Assembly (NCBI GenBank): GCA_951406725.2
Contig: OX597822.1
Coordinates: 100,068,001-100,132,000, forward strand
Length of the DNA stretch: 64,000 bases
Source of the DNA: Octopus vulgaris
Lineage: Eukaryota
Direction of reading: 5' to 3'
Shown here: in pieces, positions 12,428 to 24,161 of the stretch
How the letters are laid out: each line of letters starts with the position of its first letter
How positions within the stretch are numbered: the stretch's first letter is position 1
Notes under the pieces: generated by a model
Seen by the model: only the letters and a program-made list of their open reading frames with translations
Databases searched by the model: none
What the model was told of the DNA's origin: nothing
Program-made: the position numbers and the translations under genes

Positions 12428-12905
12428 ACTGACTTAGTCTATGTCAAACTAGATATGTACCCCAACAAAGATCTTCCTGTCACTTGTTAACTAAATTCTT
12501 CACTGATTCGTTTATTCTATTACGTTTTTCAGTCATTGGGCTTTGGTCATGCAGGGGCAATCCTTTCAAGGGTTTAGATGATTATATCAACTTCAGTACT
12601 CCTTTTAATTGGCTGCTTGTTTTATTGAATTCTATTTGTTGAATGGCTAAGTTACCTTTGATGGGAAGGGACACAACTCAGTACACCGTTTTACAACAGT
12701 ATATGCAAATGAATGTGTGTATTTGTATGTGAGTGTTTACATGCATATACACACACACATATATCACCATTATCATTTTATGTATATATGCATACTGCTA
12801 GGTCTACATCATTAGCCTCTCTGACAGCTCATCTCTCTAATATACCTAACACTTGCCCCTCCATCATATATCCTTCTTACAGCAGAACCCTTTACTTATA
12901 TTTCA

Positions 12906-13184
12906 ATCACGTCGCCTTACTGGTACCTGTGCCAGTGGCATGTGTAAAAGGATTTGAGCGAGGTCATTGCCAGTACTGCCTGACTGGCCCCCGTGCCGGT
13001 GGCACGCAAAAGCACCCACTACACTCACGGAGTGGTTGGCATTAGGAAGGGCATCCAGCTGTAGAAACTCTGCCAGATCAAGATTGGAGCCTGGTGCAGC
13101 CATCAAGTTTGCCAGCCCTCAGTCAAAATAGTCCAACCCATGCTAGCATGGAAAGCGAACGTTAAATGATGATGATGATGATGA
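12906..13184 (+). mobile_element. RTE LINE 3' tail copy (second subfamily)
   Basis: Shared core GGAGTGGTTGGCATTAGGAAGGGCATCCAGCTGTAGAAAC and GAT tail. Confidence 0.9.
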
Positions 13185-14146
13185 TCTCTTTTCATTCTTA
13201 CTGTACTGTGCTGCCAGTGTGATTAAGGATGGTAACAGATATCTTCTGTTAACTGAACATTGCTTCCAGTGTAACAAGGGATACCAATGGACCTATCTGA
13301 CCCTCTCACTAACACTTCAACTGCCTCCATCCTCTTTTAGCCTTATCACCCTTGCTCTCTCTCATCCATCATGAGAAATTTGCATAAGGGGCCCCATCAA
13401 GTATGCATGTACTTCATACACATTACCTACACTCCCTCCCCATTGGCTATTTGGTATCAACATCCAGCAGTCACTGCCACATTTATTCAGCTCTATCTAT
13501 CTATTGGAGTCACATCTCTATCCTCTCTTGTGCTAGTGCCATATGTACCCAGTGCACCCTGTTACATGTGGGATTTTTTGTCATGTCAAAGACATGACAA
13601 CCTCTCTAATGCTGGTGCTATGAAAATAATGTACCTACAACTCTGTGAAATAGTTGGTGTTAGGAAGGGTATCCAGCTATTGAAACCAAGCCATAGAATT
13701 GTGAGTAGTGTTTCCAGTAAGATATGTGCTTGTGTATGCACACATTTTTTACAAATTGTAAAAGGGAAAATGTGTACATACAAGGTTTTCAAGATGAAAT
13801 TGGATTCCTTATATGACCTTTAGTCATACTCTATATTATACACAAGACAATATTCAGCTATGCAGTCCTAAATATATTTCATTGGTGAAGTCAACTTGTA
13901 TTAAATTTCCTTGTTGTTACAGCTAATATTCAAATAAAAGCTATGGGTAAAAACACTGAATAAAATAAAGAACTGCAAAAGTAAAAGATTAAGGACTTGA
14001 AGAAGTGAAAACCAGTTTGTAAGTGTATACTTGAATACTTTTAATACCAATCTCTCAATGACTATTCTTGGTTCTATAATACAAAGCTGACTTGTTTTAA
14101 AGAATATGTAAATTTAAACATTCAATCACTATCTTACAGAAGAATA

Positions 14147-14595
14147 AGGTGGCATGCTTGCAGAATCATTAGCATGCTAAACAAAATGCATATTGGCATT
14201 TTGTCCATCTTTATACTCTCAGTTCAAATTCTGTCAAGGTTGACTTTGCTTTTAATCCTTTCAGGTTTGATAAAATAAGTACCAGTTGGGCACTGGGGTT
14301 GGTGTAGTCAACTTCACTCTTTCCCCTAATTTGCTGGCCTTGTACCAAAATTTGAAACCATTATTATTATCAATATCATTAAGGTAGCAAGCTGGCAGAA
14401 TCCTTAGCGTGCTGGGCAAAATGCTTAGGGTATTTCATGTCTTTAGGTTCTCAGTTCAAATTCCATCAAGGTCAACTTTGCCTTTCATCCTTTCAAGGTT
14501 GATAAAATAAGTACCTAGTAACATGCTAGGGTTGATGTAATTGACTAGCTCCTCCCCCAAAATTTAGGCCTTGTGCCTATTGTAGAAAGGATTAT
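14147..14595 (+). mobile_element. Two tandem degenerate tRNA-derived SINEs
   Basis: Two consecutive copies of GGCAGAATC...GTTCAAATTC...CTTTGCCTTTCATCCTTTC...GATAAAATAAGTACC; same family as 27749, 37895 and 59831. Confidence 0.75.
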
Positions 14596-14990
14596 CATAA
14601 TTTATGGATCATCATCATTTAACATCCATTTTCCATGCTGGCATGACTTGGACAGCTTGATGAGAGGTGGCAAGGCCAGGCTCCTCACCAGGTTCCATTG
14701 GCAGTTTTGGCTTAGCCTCTACAGCTGGATGCACTTCCTAATACCAACTGCATTTAAAAGTGTACTGGGTACATTTTATGTGACACTATCACCAGTGCTT
14801 TTTACATGGCTTTTCATCATCATCATCATTATTATTATTATTATTATTATTATTCAGAAAATATATGTATATAATGTATTTTAGGGGAGACAGCAAATGT
14901 GAAAGGAACCTAATGCAATAGGAAAGTGTATTATGAAAAAATAACTGAATAAAATAGGTAAAAGGGAGAAATGATTAGAATTTTACTTAC

Positions 14991-15068
14991 ACTCAGAATT
15001 GCACCTTCTTCATTAAGTATTTGGTATCCAACAGAGCCAGGAATTTTGTCCATGTTTAAAGCAGCCAT
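14991..15068 (-). CDS. LAMTOR4: LAMTOR4 first coding exon (MAALNMDKIPGSVGYQILNEEGAILS)
   Basis: 78 nt; acceptor ctcttttgcag directly before ATG, donor gtaagt. Resembles human [20 protein letters not shown] as recalled. The three exons splice to 95 aa. Confidence 0.93.
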
Positions 15069-15961
15069 CTGCAAAAGAGCAACAAAGAATATTATAAATT
15101 TGCTTATATTCGTTTTTTTGACTGTGTGGTAAGAAGTTTGCTTCCCAAACACATGGTTTTGGGTTCAGTCCCACAGCATGACACCTTGGGTGTCTTCTAC
15201 TATAGCTCCAGACTTGACCATAGTGCTTTGTCAGAGGACTGGTAGACAGAAGCTGAAAGAAGCCCAGCATGCACATGTATGTACACACATACATATATAC
15301 ATACACAAATCAGACTAGAACCTGGTGCAGCTCTCCAGCTTGCCAGCTCTGGTCAAACAGTCCAACCCATGCCAGCATGGACAATGGATGTTAAAAAATG
15401 ATGATGATAAAAATGTATGCATTTATGTGTGTGTGTGTATGTCTTTGTTTCCCATCCACTCGCTACCATCATTGCTTGACAATCAGTATTGGTCTAAGTA
15501 CCTGTAACTTAATGGTTTAGCAAGTAAGACCAATAGAATAAGCACCAGATTTTATTTTAAAAAAACAAGTACTGGGATCAATTCATTCAACTAAAACCCT
15601 TCAAGGCAGTGTTCCAGCATGGCCACTGTCCAATGACAGAAACAAGTGAAAGATATCTGAAACTGAAAACAGATAAAAAAAAAGAATCAATCAAATCCAA
15701 CATTTTTTCTGACTATCACTGTTGCCACGTTGTCTCCTGTTATCAGTAACTTAGCAATGACACTGAGTCTTAATTCTTCAGTCAACAGGTATTATAGGGA
15801 GATATGGTTCACAGCCATAATCCAGTAGGATCCCTCATATGTAATTAATTGTTGTTTTGCAACTTGCAGTGTAAATTCCACATCCTCTGTAAGGGCATAA
15901 GGGAAGAAACGACTTACGTGTGGCTTGAATTGGAAATAAAAAGTTTCAGACTGAACTAGTT

Positions 15962-16205
15962 ATCATCGTTTAACGTCCACTTTCCATGCTAGCATGGGTT
16001 GAACGATTTTGACTGAGGGCTGGTGAACCAGATGGCTGCACCAAGCTCCAATCTTGATCTGGCAGAATTTCTACAGCCGGATGCCCTTCCTAACGCCAAC
16101 CACTCCGAGAGTGTAGTGGGTGCTTTTTACGTGCAGGCGGTACTGGCAACGACCTCGCTCAAATCCTTTTACACATGCCACCTGCACAGGTGTCAGTAAG
16201 GTGAT
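15962..16205 (-). mobile_element. RTE LINE 3' tail copy
   Basis: Reverse complement of the 12906-13184 family. Confidence 0.88.
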
Positions 16206-16464
16206 GGTATCTAAAAACATTTTTGAACATTTTCACCAGCTACAAAAGTGCAGGCTGCAATGCCATTAGTAACACAGAATGTGGCAGCGAGAGAGCTATT
16301 CTGAAGCAATGACCTGGATGCAGCCTGGCTCCCTTATAGTGTAAGGAGTTAAGGGCTGAAGCACTTGCCCAAGGAAGAGGTGGGGTTCCCCAAAGACCTG
16401 TTATACAGTTCCCTCTCTAGAGTCTTTTATTATTGAGTGCTAACTCAATCACATTATATTTATA

Positions 16465-16805
16465 CGTTTGGCTTCATAAAATAATTGTTGGAGGTGTAAA
16501 GATTAAATTCCGCTAAAAAGTCTTTGAGCATTTCCCCATTCCGATTAGTTTTAGAGTTGAAAGTAAACTTGGTCTCATCGGGCCCTAGTTTAGCATTCAG
16601 ATCACCAGCTATAACTAGAAAATTATGGAGAGGTACTTGCTCAATGGTTGAATGAAGGGTTGTATAAAAATCCTCAATCTCATCTGCCACAGACGACTTA
16701 TGTGGGCTATACACACATACCAATGTTGTTTTCGGATTTCCATCTATCTCAAGCATCTAATTCTAGGCGAGATTGACTCTATACTCAAGAGAGTATCACT
16801 AGCTA
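16465..16805 (-). mobile_element. Endonuclease (APE) domain fragment of a different RTE-like LINE
   Basis: ORF 16460-16756 has APE motifs CVYSP, IAGDLNAKLG and NRNGEML. Confidence 0.88.
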
Positions 16806-18962
16806 TGATGGACCGTGAAGTCCATTGTCTCAACCACGGTCGAACAATGATGATGATATTTATACTTTTCTTTATTACTTTGAAAACCTCAACTATATCT
16901 TTGCTGTTTTTCAATGGAATATGCAACACTCCTCAAATACAGTGTGCAGTAGAAAAACTTCCCATATTTTACATGGCTATTGGTGTGGCACTGGTAAACT
17001 TAGGTAGGTGGTGGTAACGGTATCTTAATGTAGCTAACATTTTAATGTTCCCTATTATAATGATTTGGATTGGTACACACTGTGTTTGCTGCTGAAATGT
17101 TTATCAGACAGGTAAATCTGGAGGATTTTTTTTTAACCCAACACCTTGTATAATACTCACTTTTGACCCTACATCTGAAGTATGAAAGAGCCTATTTTAC
17201 ATAAGTTAGTGTTCATACATTTAATGCAGCGAATTCTTCAAATGACAATATTAATGAGAAATGTTGTAAATTTTTAGCAAGCAAGAGACAATCCAGGAAC
17301 TATTTCAGTCCTATTATGACCTCATCACTGTACTTGCCAAAGCAGTGTTGGAAGGATCACTGATTGTATAAGATTGTACAGTTAGATTGGTAGGTATACG
17401 GAAATTTGAGAATATGTGATTCCCAAATACCACTATTTTCCATTTACTTTGAATAATTTTGTTTCATGCTAGAAATTCTTCAACAAAATATTAATTCTTG
17501 AGGGCAAAAACTTGGCTGACCCACAACAAATTGAGTAGTTGGAATACAATAGCACACTTGAATAGATCCTCTTTCTGTAATGCCTGTACACTTTCACAAC
17601 CTATACAAAACTTATTCCAGGGACACACTGTAATTTAGGTAACGATATAATAAAACATCAAGCCTTCAGACTCATGAACAAGTATCAATGTTTAGGATAC
17701 AGGAATTCAATATCACACAAACTATTCAAATAACATAAGCACAAAGTCTAATATTTTTGCATCTTGTGTTTATTAGTTTTGAGAACAGCCTTGCTCCAGC
17801 CAAAGTCTATCGAACACTGCTTGAAGCTGACAATACAAATGAAAGAATTCACACTTCTGTGATGTAGATATGTCAGCGGTTGTAGTGTGGTTCTTCACAG
17901 AGTAAATTAAATATTATTAGAAGTAACATTACATTAAGGAGAGGAACATATGGGTTCCTGCCTCATGGTCTCAGCAGACAAAATGGGAAAGGTGTTACCT
18001 CAGAGGATGGTGAGTGAGATGCACTGGAACAGCTACTCTGACTCACGGAGCTAGAGATTAATTAATTTTGATTCCTTAAACAAATTGATTTATCATTTGA
18101 AGTATTATATATCTAGTAAATCTAAGAAGCAGTACCAATTCCATTTCTTTTTTTTTTTTAGCAAGAAATTTTAATTTTCTATTTCTGAGATTACATGTTA
18201 ATTTCTAAAATAAGATTTTTAAGGAACTAATCCTGCTGCAAAACTCAAGGGCATCTCTGCTCAAGCTGATCAACGACACTCAGGCAGTCGACTAAATGAC
18301 AAGGCACAACCCACAAATATGTTGTCCCAAATGTAAGATACATCTGCCCTAGTTGAGGATCATAGCTTACAAATGAACTTCTCAAAGGCAAGAGGTATAC
18401 GATAAAGACCTGGATCTACACCATCATATTAGTAATACTAAGGAGAGAGAGATATTGGAAGTGAATGCTAATGATTGTGCCCATCACCACTGAGATGCAG
18501 GGAAGGAGAAAGATAGGTTGATAGTAAAGAGTGTCAGAGAAGATGTCCTGCATAGAAATCTAACACATGCATACACACCCACTGTATTTGACAATATCAC
18601 ATTCCTATGAAGAGTTATCTTCCCTCTAACAATGTTTCCATGCTACGTAGCATGTTTTCAGAGATTGGGATGGATCATGGAGAGAACTGATGGTTGTCGA
18701 GCTCAGGGAAAAAACTACCATTTGAGGGAAATAGAAAAGGACATTGTCAAAGACGGTTGTTTTGTGGATTTGAAGTGACTGAAATTGTTTTACACTTAGT
18801 GTTTGTAGTGGTGTGCCAAAGAGTGGAAAACTAAAGTTCTGGCAGCAGAGTGGAAAAGGAAGCAAAAAATGGACGGCCAAACTGGAAATTTTCTTCACAG
18901 GAGTACTGCTTACAGAGCCATACTCCAATGATGATTCTTTTTCCATTGTTTTACACTGTCAG

Positions 18963-19200
18963 CATCATCATCATCATCATCATCGTTTAACGTCCGTTTT
19001 CCATGCTGGCATGGGTTGGACGATCTTGACTGAGGGCTGGCGAGCCAGATGGCTGCACCAGGCTCCAATCTTGATCTGGCAGAGTTTCTACAGCTGGATG
19101 CCCTTCCTAACGCCAACCACTCCGAGAGTGTAGTGGGTGCTTTTTACGTCCCACCGGCACGGGGGCCAGTCAGGCAGTACTGGCAACGACCTCGCTCGAA
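18963..19200 (-). mobile_element. RTE LINE 3' tail copy
   Basis: (CAT)n plus reverse tail core. Confidence 0.9.
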
Positions 19201-19239
19201 TCGAATGTTTCTGTTAAAACTAGCCATTTCTTCTATCAC

Positions 19240-20430
19240 ACAGCAATGGTATTGAACACTTTGAAAGCAAAGTTGCTTCCAGTGACATCTATGTTTGGTT
19301 GGAGAATGTTTCAGCATGCAAATAATTAGCTAATTAGAAAGCTTTTTGTCAGGTTGTGCCAATTCCATATATGTTATAGCACTCTCTGATCTTTACAGCA
19401 TTTACGTAAGCATGATATCTAACTCAATTATCTCCCCACTCACTTTTCTTCACCTGATGTTTACCCACGTCCAAGAAGATTCCACAAAGTCTGTAGAGAA
19501 AGCAAAAGGACCAGCCACAATTTGGAATGCAACTGAGACTACCCATCTTGCAATGAGTGCAGACGTGTTTTGCATTTCAGATAATAGTCTTGAGCCATCA
19601 TCATCATCACAGCCACCATCTATTTGCTACAACTTGCACTTGTGGTGATCAACTTAGTTTTGGTTGTGTGAGAATGTAAAGGGTTATTTCTAAGAGAAAT
19701 CTGCTCAATTCTCTTGTGTGTGTCAAAGGTAACATATTAACTAACGAAGACTGCTACAGTATAAGTGGTGGAATCCTGACCAATTAGCTGACTGCAAGCG
19801 CCAGAGTGCAAGTGGTTGTGGGTATTCTGTAGTAAGTGCATATGTGGACAGTAGCTTTGATTAAGCAGTGGTCAAACGCTTTGGTAAGTGCAAAGACTGT
19901 GATGGTTTGGTAGAGGTCGGGTTTGGAAATGAAAACGAGATCAAAGGTATTTGGTACATCAGAATGTCGGTCAACAACCTGCACGGGGGATAATTCTGAT
20001 TGTTGTGGAGAGTTCAGAATGACAATACATACCGCTCCTGCGCTGCTATGGGGAGGAGTGCGAAAGTGTTGCGATAGGAGAGGGTCAGCAAAAGTGAATT
20101 TATTATGAGACGGGTATGAAAGCAAATGTTCTGCATCAAAATTAACTAGAAGAACCGAATAAAAGGAGAATAGTAGACGTTAGACTTTAATCGCATGCGT
20201 ACCAATTGCAATACAACCAACCAAACGCTGACTAGACTAAAGGCAGGACGGAAGTAATACAACTTTGAGTGCATGGAGTTTATCAAAGTGCGGCCCCGCC
20301 CACAAAGACTGACAACTTGGTAGTCAAACTGAGTAGTGGACACAGGGTAGACACAAAGGCTAACATATTCCTGTGAAGCATTCAAGATGCCAGTGGAATT
20401 ATGATGGAAAAGTATGGATATGAGGAAAGT
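19240..20430 (-). mobile_element. Decayed LINE endonuclease region (non-RTE, CR1/Jockey/I-like)
   Basis: ORF 19784-20125 has QVVD..., PNTFDLVF and FDHCLI, equivalent to the APE motifs LDL(V)F and SDH. It is heavily interrupted. Confidence 0.65.
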
Positions 20431-21621
20431 ATTAGAGCTAGTTCAATAAAATGAATTGATTGAAATAATACATCATAAATATGGACAAGTTAACATGAAA
20501 AATGAACTGTGGTAAATTTGATGTTGTGTCCCATAATTTAAGAAAGATTCGGGTGATTTAGATTTCAAAATGAATATCGCAGGTCGGCAATTATGTAGAC
20601 AAACAGTTATATTTACGTTTAAGACGGTTTAACTAGAGCTAAATAATGTTACAATACAGATAAGTCAGCATGTCCAATCTGAATAAATCGATAGTTTTAA
20701 TTTGAAGCTAAGATATAAGGAGTTCAATCGTTAAGGCATGGACTTTGAGACTTTTGTCGGCTCTTTTAAAACCCAGTTACAAGATACACAAAGTCACTGG
20801 AGACGCGAGGTTATATACAATTAGAAACAAAAACAAAAATTCCAAAATCAGCTAATTAAAGAAGTTAATTTTTCCAATAATTGAAACTCGTATTAATGTT
20901 CTTACACCCAAATATTATTTCATGAAAGATCGTAATTTTAATTTTAAAGAAATCTATTTGTCTTTAATGTTCCACACCGACCTGAATGATTAATTGAAAT
21001 GTGCCCAGTTTAAAAAAATAAATATCCGGCAATCTTTCGTCTTCGGTGTATGTGTATATGTATGTATATTACTTCAAAAGTTCCCGCAAGCCCATATGTA
21101 AAAAAAAAAAAAAATTTTTACGGAAATCGACGGAAAGGTCTACTATAGACGAAAGATCGCCAAATATCCAAACGTCTCTTTCAGTAAGATATACTTAAAA
21201 CAATTGTTAATTTGAAGGAACAAAACCGTAAATATTTTTTACTTAATGCAAAAATTAAAATGTTGATGTCTCAATTATAAAAGATTAATGTAAAACCACG
21301 ACGTGAAACATTCTGTATCAAGAGAAGACCAGTCGATAATCTAAGCCAGCTCCTAAATAATCCAGAACCTATTTCTTACGAGAAATGCGCAAAAATAAAA
21401 GAAAAAGTTACTGTTGCGTTATAAGGAATCACAAAATTACGAAGCATTTTGGATTAGGATGGAGCTTATATTTATAAAGTGTTGCAGAGGAAATTCCAAA
21501 TAAAAATACTAAAGTGAAGAGAGAAGAATACTTCTAAATAATATTTGAAGCATGCAATAAGTCTAAGAGGTAGAAATACCGACAAATATCGGTAAATATT
21601 TCGATATAATTCCATAAATAC

Positions 21622-21645
21622 CTTAGATCGTCCTCAATATTAATC
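21622..21645 (-). other. LAMTOR4: Probable non-coding first exon of LAMTOR4 (5' boundary uncertain)
   Basis: The ATG exon starts at a splice acceptor, so an upstream exon is required. A donor AAG|gtattt at 21622/21621 lies in the CpG-rich island next to promoter motifs. Confidence 0.45.
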
Positions 21646-21661
21646 TGTACAAAAACATAGG

Positions 21662-21669
21662 GTCACGTG
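21662..21669. promoter_or_regulatory. CLEAR-like E-box GTCACGTG (MiT/TFE or USF type)
   Basis: Matches the first 8 nt of the CLEAR consensus GTCACGTGAC, just upstream of the inferred LAMTOR4 start. Confidence 0.6.
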
Positions 21670-21717
21670 CTATAGTAAATTAAAAGGACAAGGGAGAGCA
21701 CTCCACCGGTGGCACAA

Positions 21718-21726
21718 GCGGAAGTG
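21718..21726 (+). promoter_or_regulatory. ETS/GABP-type site GCGGAAGTG
   Basis: CGGAAGTG core, typical of housekeeping and bidirectional promoters. Confidence 0.55.
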
Positions 21727-22281
21727 AGTGCAGCAATTGCTCCGGGCTTAGTTATTAAGAAAACAGCATAAAATTAAATTATGTAATACTTTTCTCTTTT
21801 CTTTAATAACAGTTAAATAATAAAAATTTCTGTTCCTTTTTATACCGTTTCTATATGAAATAATTTAATTTTCCTAGTCTACCTTCTTTTTATGCTTTAC
21901 ATATATATATAAATATATAGTTGATGAGATCTTGGAATAAATTCTCCTAAATTAACTTAGGTCAAATAGTAATTGGAATTATAATTAATTTTGTATATAT
22001 TTTTCTGACCAGCTGAATATATATATATGTACATATAATATACACATACATATGCACATTTATTTATTTATTTATTTATTTAGCCCTATCCGTTTATATC
22101 TCAGACCGAGGACGGAAATGTCATACTGCTCATAATATAATTAAATGTAAAAATCTAACCTAACATTGTTGGATGACTAAATAAAGTTGAAAAAAAAATT
22201 ATCCCGTATTTTAAATTATTATATATATATATTTTTTTAAAAACTCATTCTAATGTCGACGCCCCCACCTTCGATTCTTCC

Positions 22282-22289
22282 TCATGTGA
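22282..22289. promoter_or_regulatory. M-box TCATGTGA (MITF/TFEB type)
   Basis: Exact TCAYGTGA match 125 nt upstream of the UVRAG ATG. Confidence 0.5.
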
Positions 22290-22406
22290 TCTGGCATAAT
22301 AACAAACATGGTGGTCCTGTCCTCAGCGAGTGTCTCTCTTATTAACATCCACTCAACATCTGTGCACCAAACATGGAAATAAGTCTTAGCGCAAAGCAGT
22401 TTTGTA

Positions 22407-22463
22407 ATGGCTAGTGATAGTGACTGCATCGTGAGCAATGTCTTTGAATTGGCAACTCAACAG
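22407..22463 (+). CDS. UVRAG: UV radiation resistance-associated gene protein (Vps38), coding exon 1 (MASDSDCIVSNVFELATQQ)
   Basis: In-frame upstream stop at 22380; donor CAG|gtaaag, phase 0. ELATQQ joins KRIRHL, giving the UVRAG signature (human ELPSQQRRLRHL as recalled). Confidence 0.88.
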
Positions 22464-24110
22464 GTAAAGAAATTATGGGGTTTTTTTCCCCTTTTCCTTT
22501 TCCTTTCCCCCCATGTGTTGTCGTCTTTTGCAGACCGGACTCGTTGGCGATGGACATAAATTTATATCTTACAAGCTGAATTTAATTGCTTATTAATTTT
22601 TCTTTGCACTTTGTGAATAATTTATTATCAACGAAATAGAAATAGAGATTTATAATAATATATTTATCTTCTAACTATTCTCTTAAGAAATTGAATTTGT
22701 CCCGTTATAATTTTTTGGATCTGTCGACTTTTAACTTTCGGCTGCTATTTTCGTTTCCCCGATGACGCCTCTTTTCATAATCACGATTTTTATTACGAAA
22801 TTAAATACCGACCTCCTCATATTCCCTTCACATAAATCATCCTTAATCTTTTTCTTATAGAGAACAAAAATTATTTAAATATATATTTTCAATCAATCAA
22901 TAAATAACATACATCTAAGTTTATTCTAACCTTTTAAATCCACAACTTCCTCACAAAATATTTCAAGAGTATTATTGAATAAGCGGTTTAAAGATTCACC
23001 CGTCGTTACCTCTTTTCTACTTCATTATTTTATTTTGCGCTCAAATTAATGCACGGCTGCATAATTACACATGCAATAAAAATCTGTGTGCATGTTTGAA
23101 GCATATAGTTGCTATTTCACCATAAATAAACTGATAAATTGAAATTTATATCTATGCATAAAATAAACATATATTGGAATTTAATAAAGGAAAGGAAGCA
23201 ATTTCTGCAATCATTTAGTAGTTATCATTAACTGAGATATTCAGAATATCACACACAGCTAATTGTGTGATAATACTGCAGTAATACCGTTTTTATCAGG
23301 TTTCGTTATTGACTTTTATTTGCATACCCTTTTGATTGTGGCTTTCCTAATTTATCATGATAATTACCGGTTGAAATTAAAAAATAGGTACTATAATTCA
23401 TCAATTAGTTAGTTAACAATTGAGTTTTTCGATATTATTTCAATCCAATTCTTGTTTTTGTTATATTCAACAATCTATAATATTGTTATAGTGTTGTGGT
23501 TGCTTTATTCTGTTGGGAAGCACGCAAGGAAGGATCCGCCTCCTAAATCTATGATGTAGATATAGCAAAAATCTCGCTTGTTAGTGCTTTGCTTTTTAAT
23601 TATTTAATCGAATGCTAGGAATTTACGCTGTCTATTATCTTTTACGTTCTTCTTAACATAATTCGATTTGGAAATATAAAAAATCGCTGCCTCGATTTAT
23701 TTTACGGAGATAATTTCCTAATGTATCTAATTAATCACAGAAAGCGAACAGACGAAATAAAACCACCACTAGGCCGTTTGTTTGTTGATTGCTCTTATAA
23801 ATTAGATGTCATTAGACTGTCGAAGCTATACGTTATATTTATTTGAAGGTCTGTCCCCCACTCTGATGAATTATACTAATTTTTAATTCGTCTTAATCCT
23901 TATTCTTTTTTAGTATTTGTGTATGTGATTTGTTTCAGCGTTATTGTCGTCAGTATTAGTATTTGCTAGCCTTTCGTTTCCATCGGTCCTCGCTTGAGAT
24001 TACGAATCACACCCCCTTACTCATACACTCCGAAACTAGACAACCCCAGATCCCTTTGAATTCACAATTGTAGGGCCCCATGTCTAATATACATACATAA
24101 TATATACATC

Positions 24111-24161
24111 ATACATACATACATACATACATACATACATACATACATACATACATACATA
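24111..24161. repeat. (TACA)n microsatellite
   Basis: Direct reading. Confidence 0.95.

Noticed and set aside
17150-17900. Possible old DNA-transposon coding remnant
   Set aside because: No diagnostic motif or termini could be recognised.
23862-23870. Other CTGATGA occurrences as hammerheads (also about 8554)
   Set aside because: No stem II followed by a GAAA-like motif.
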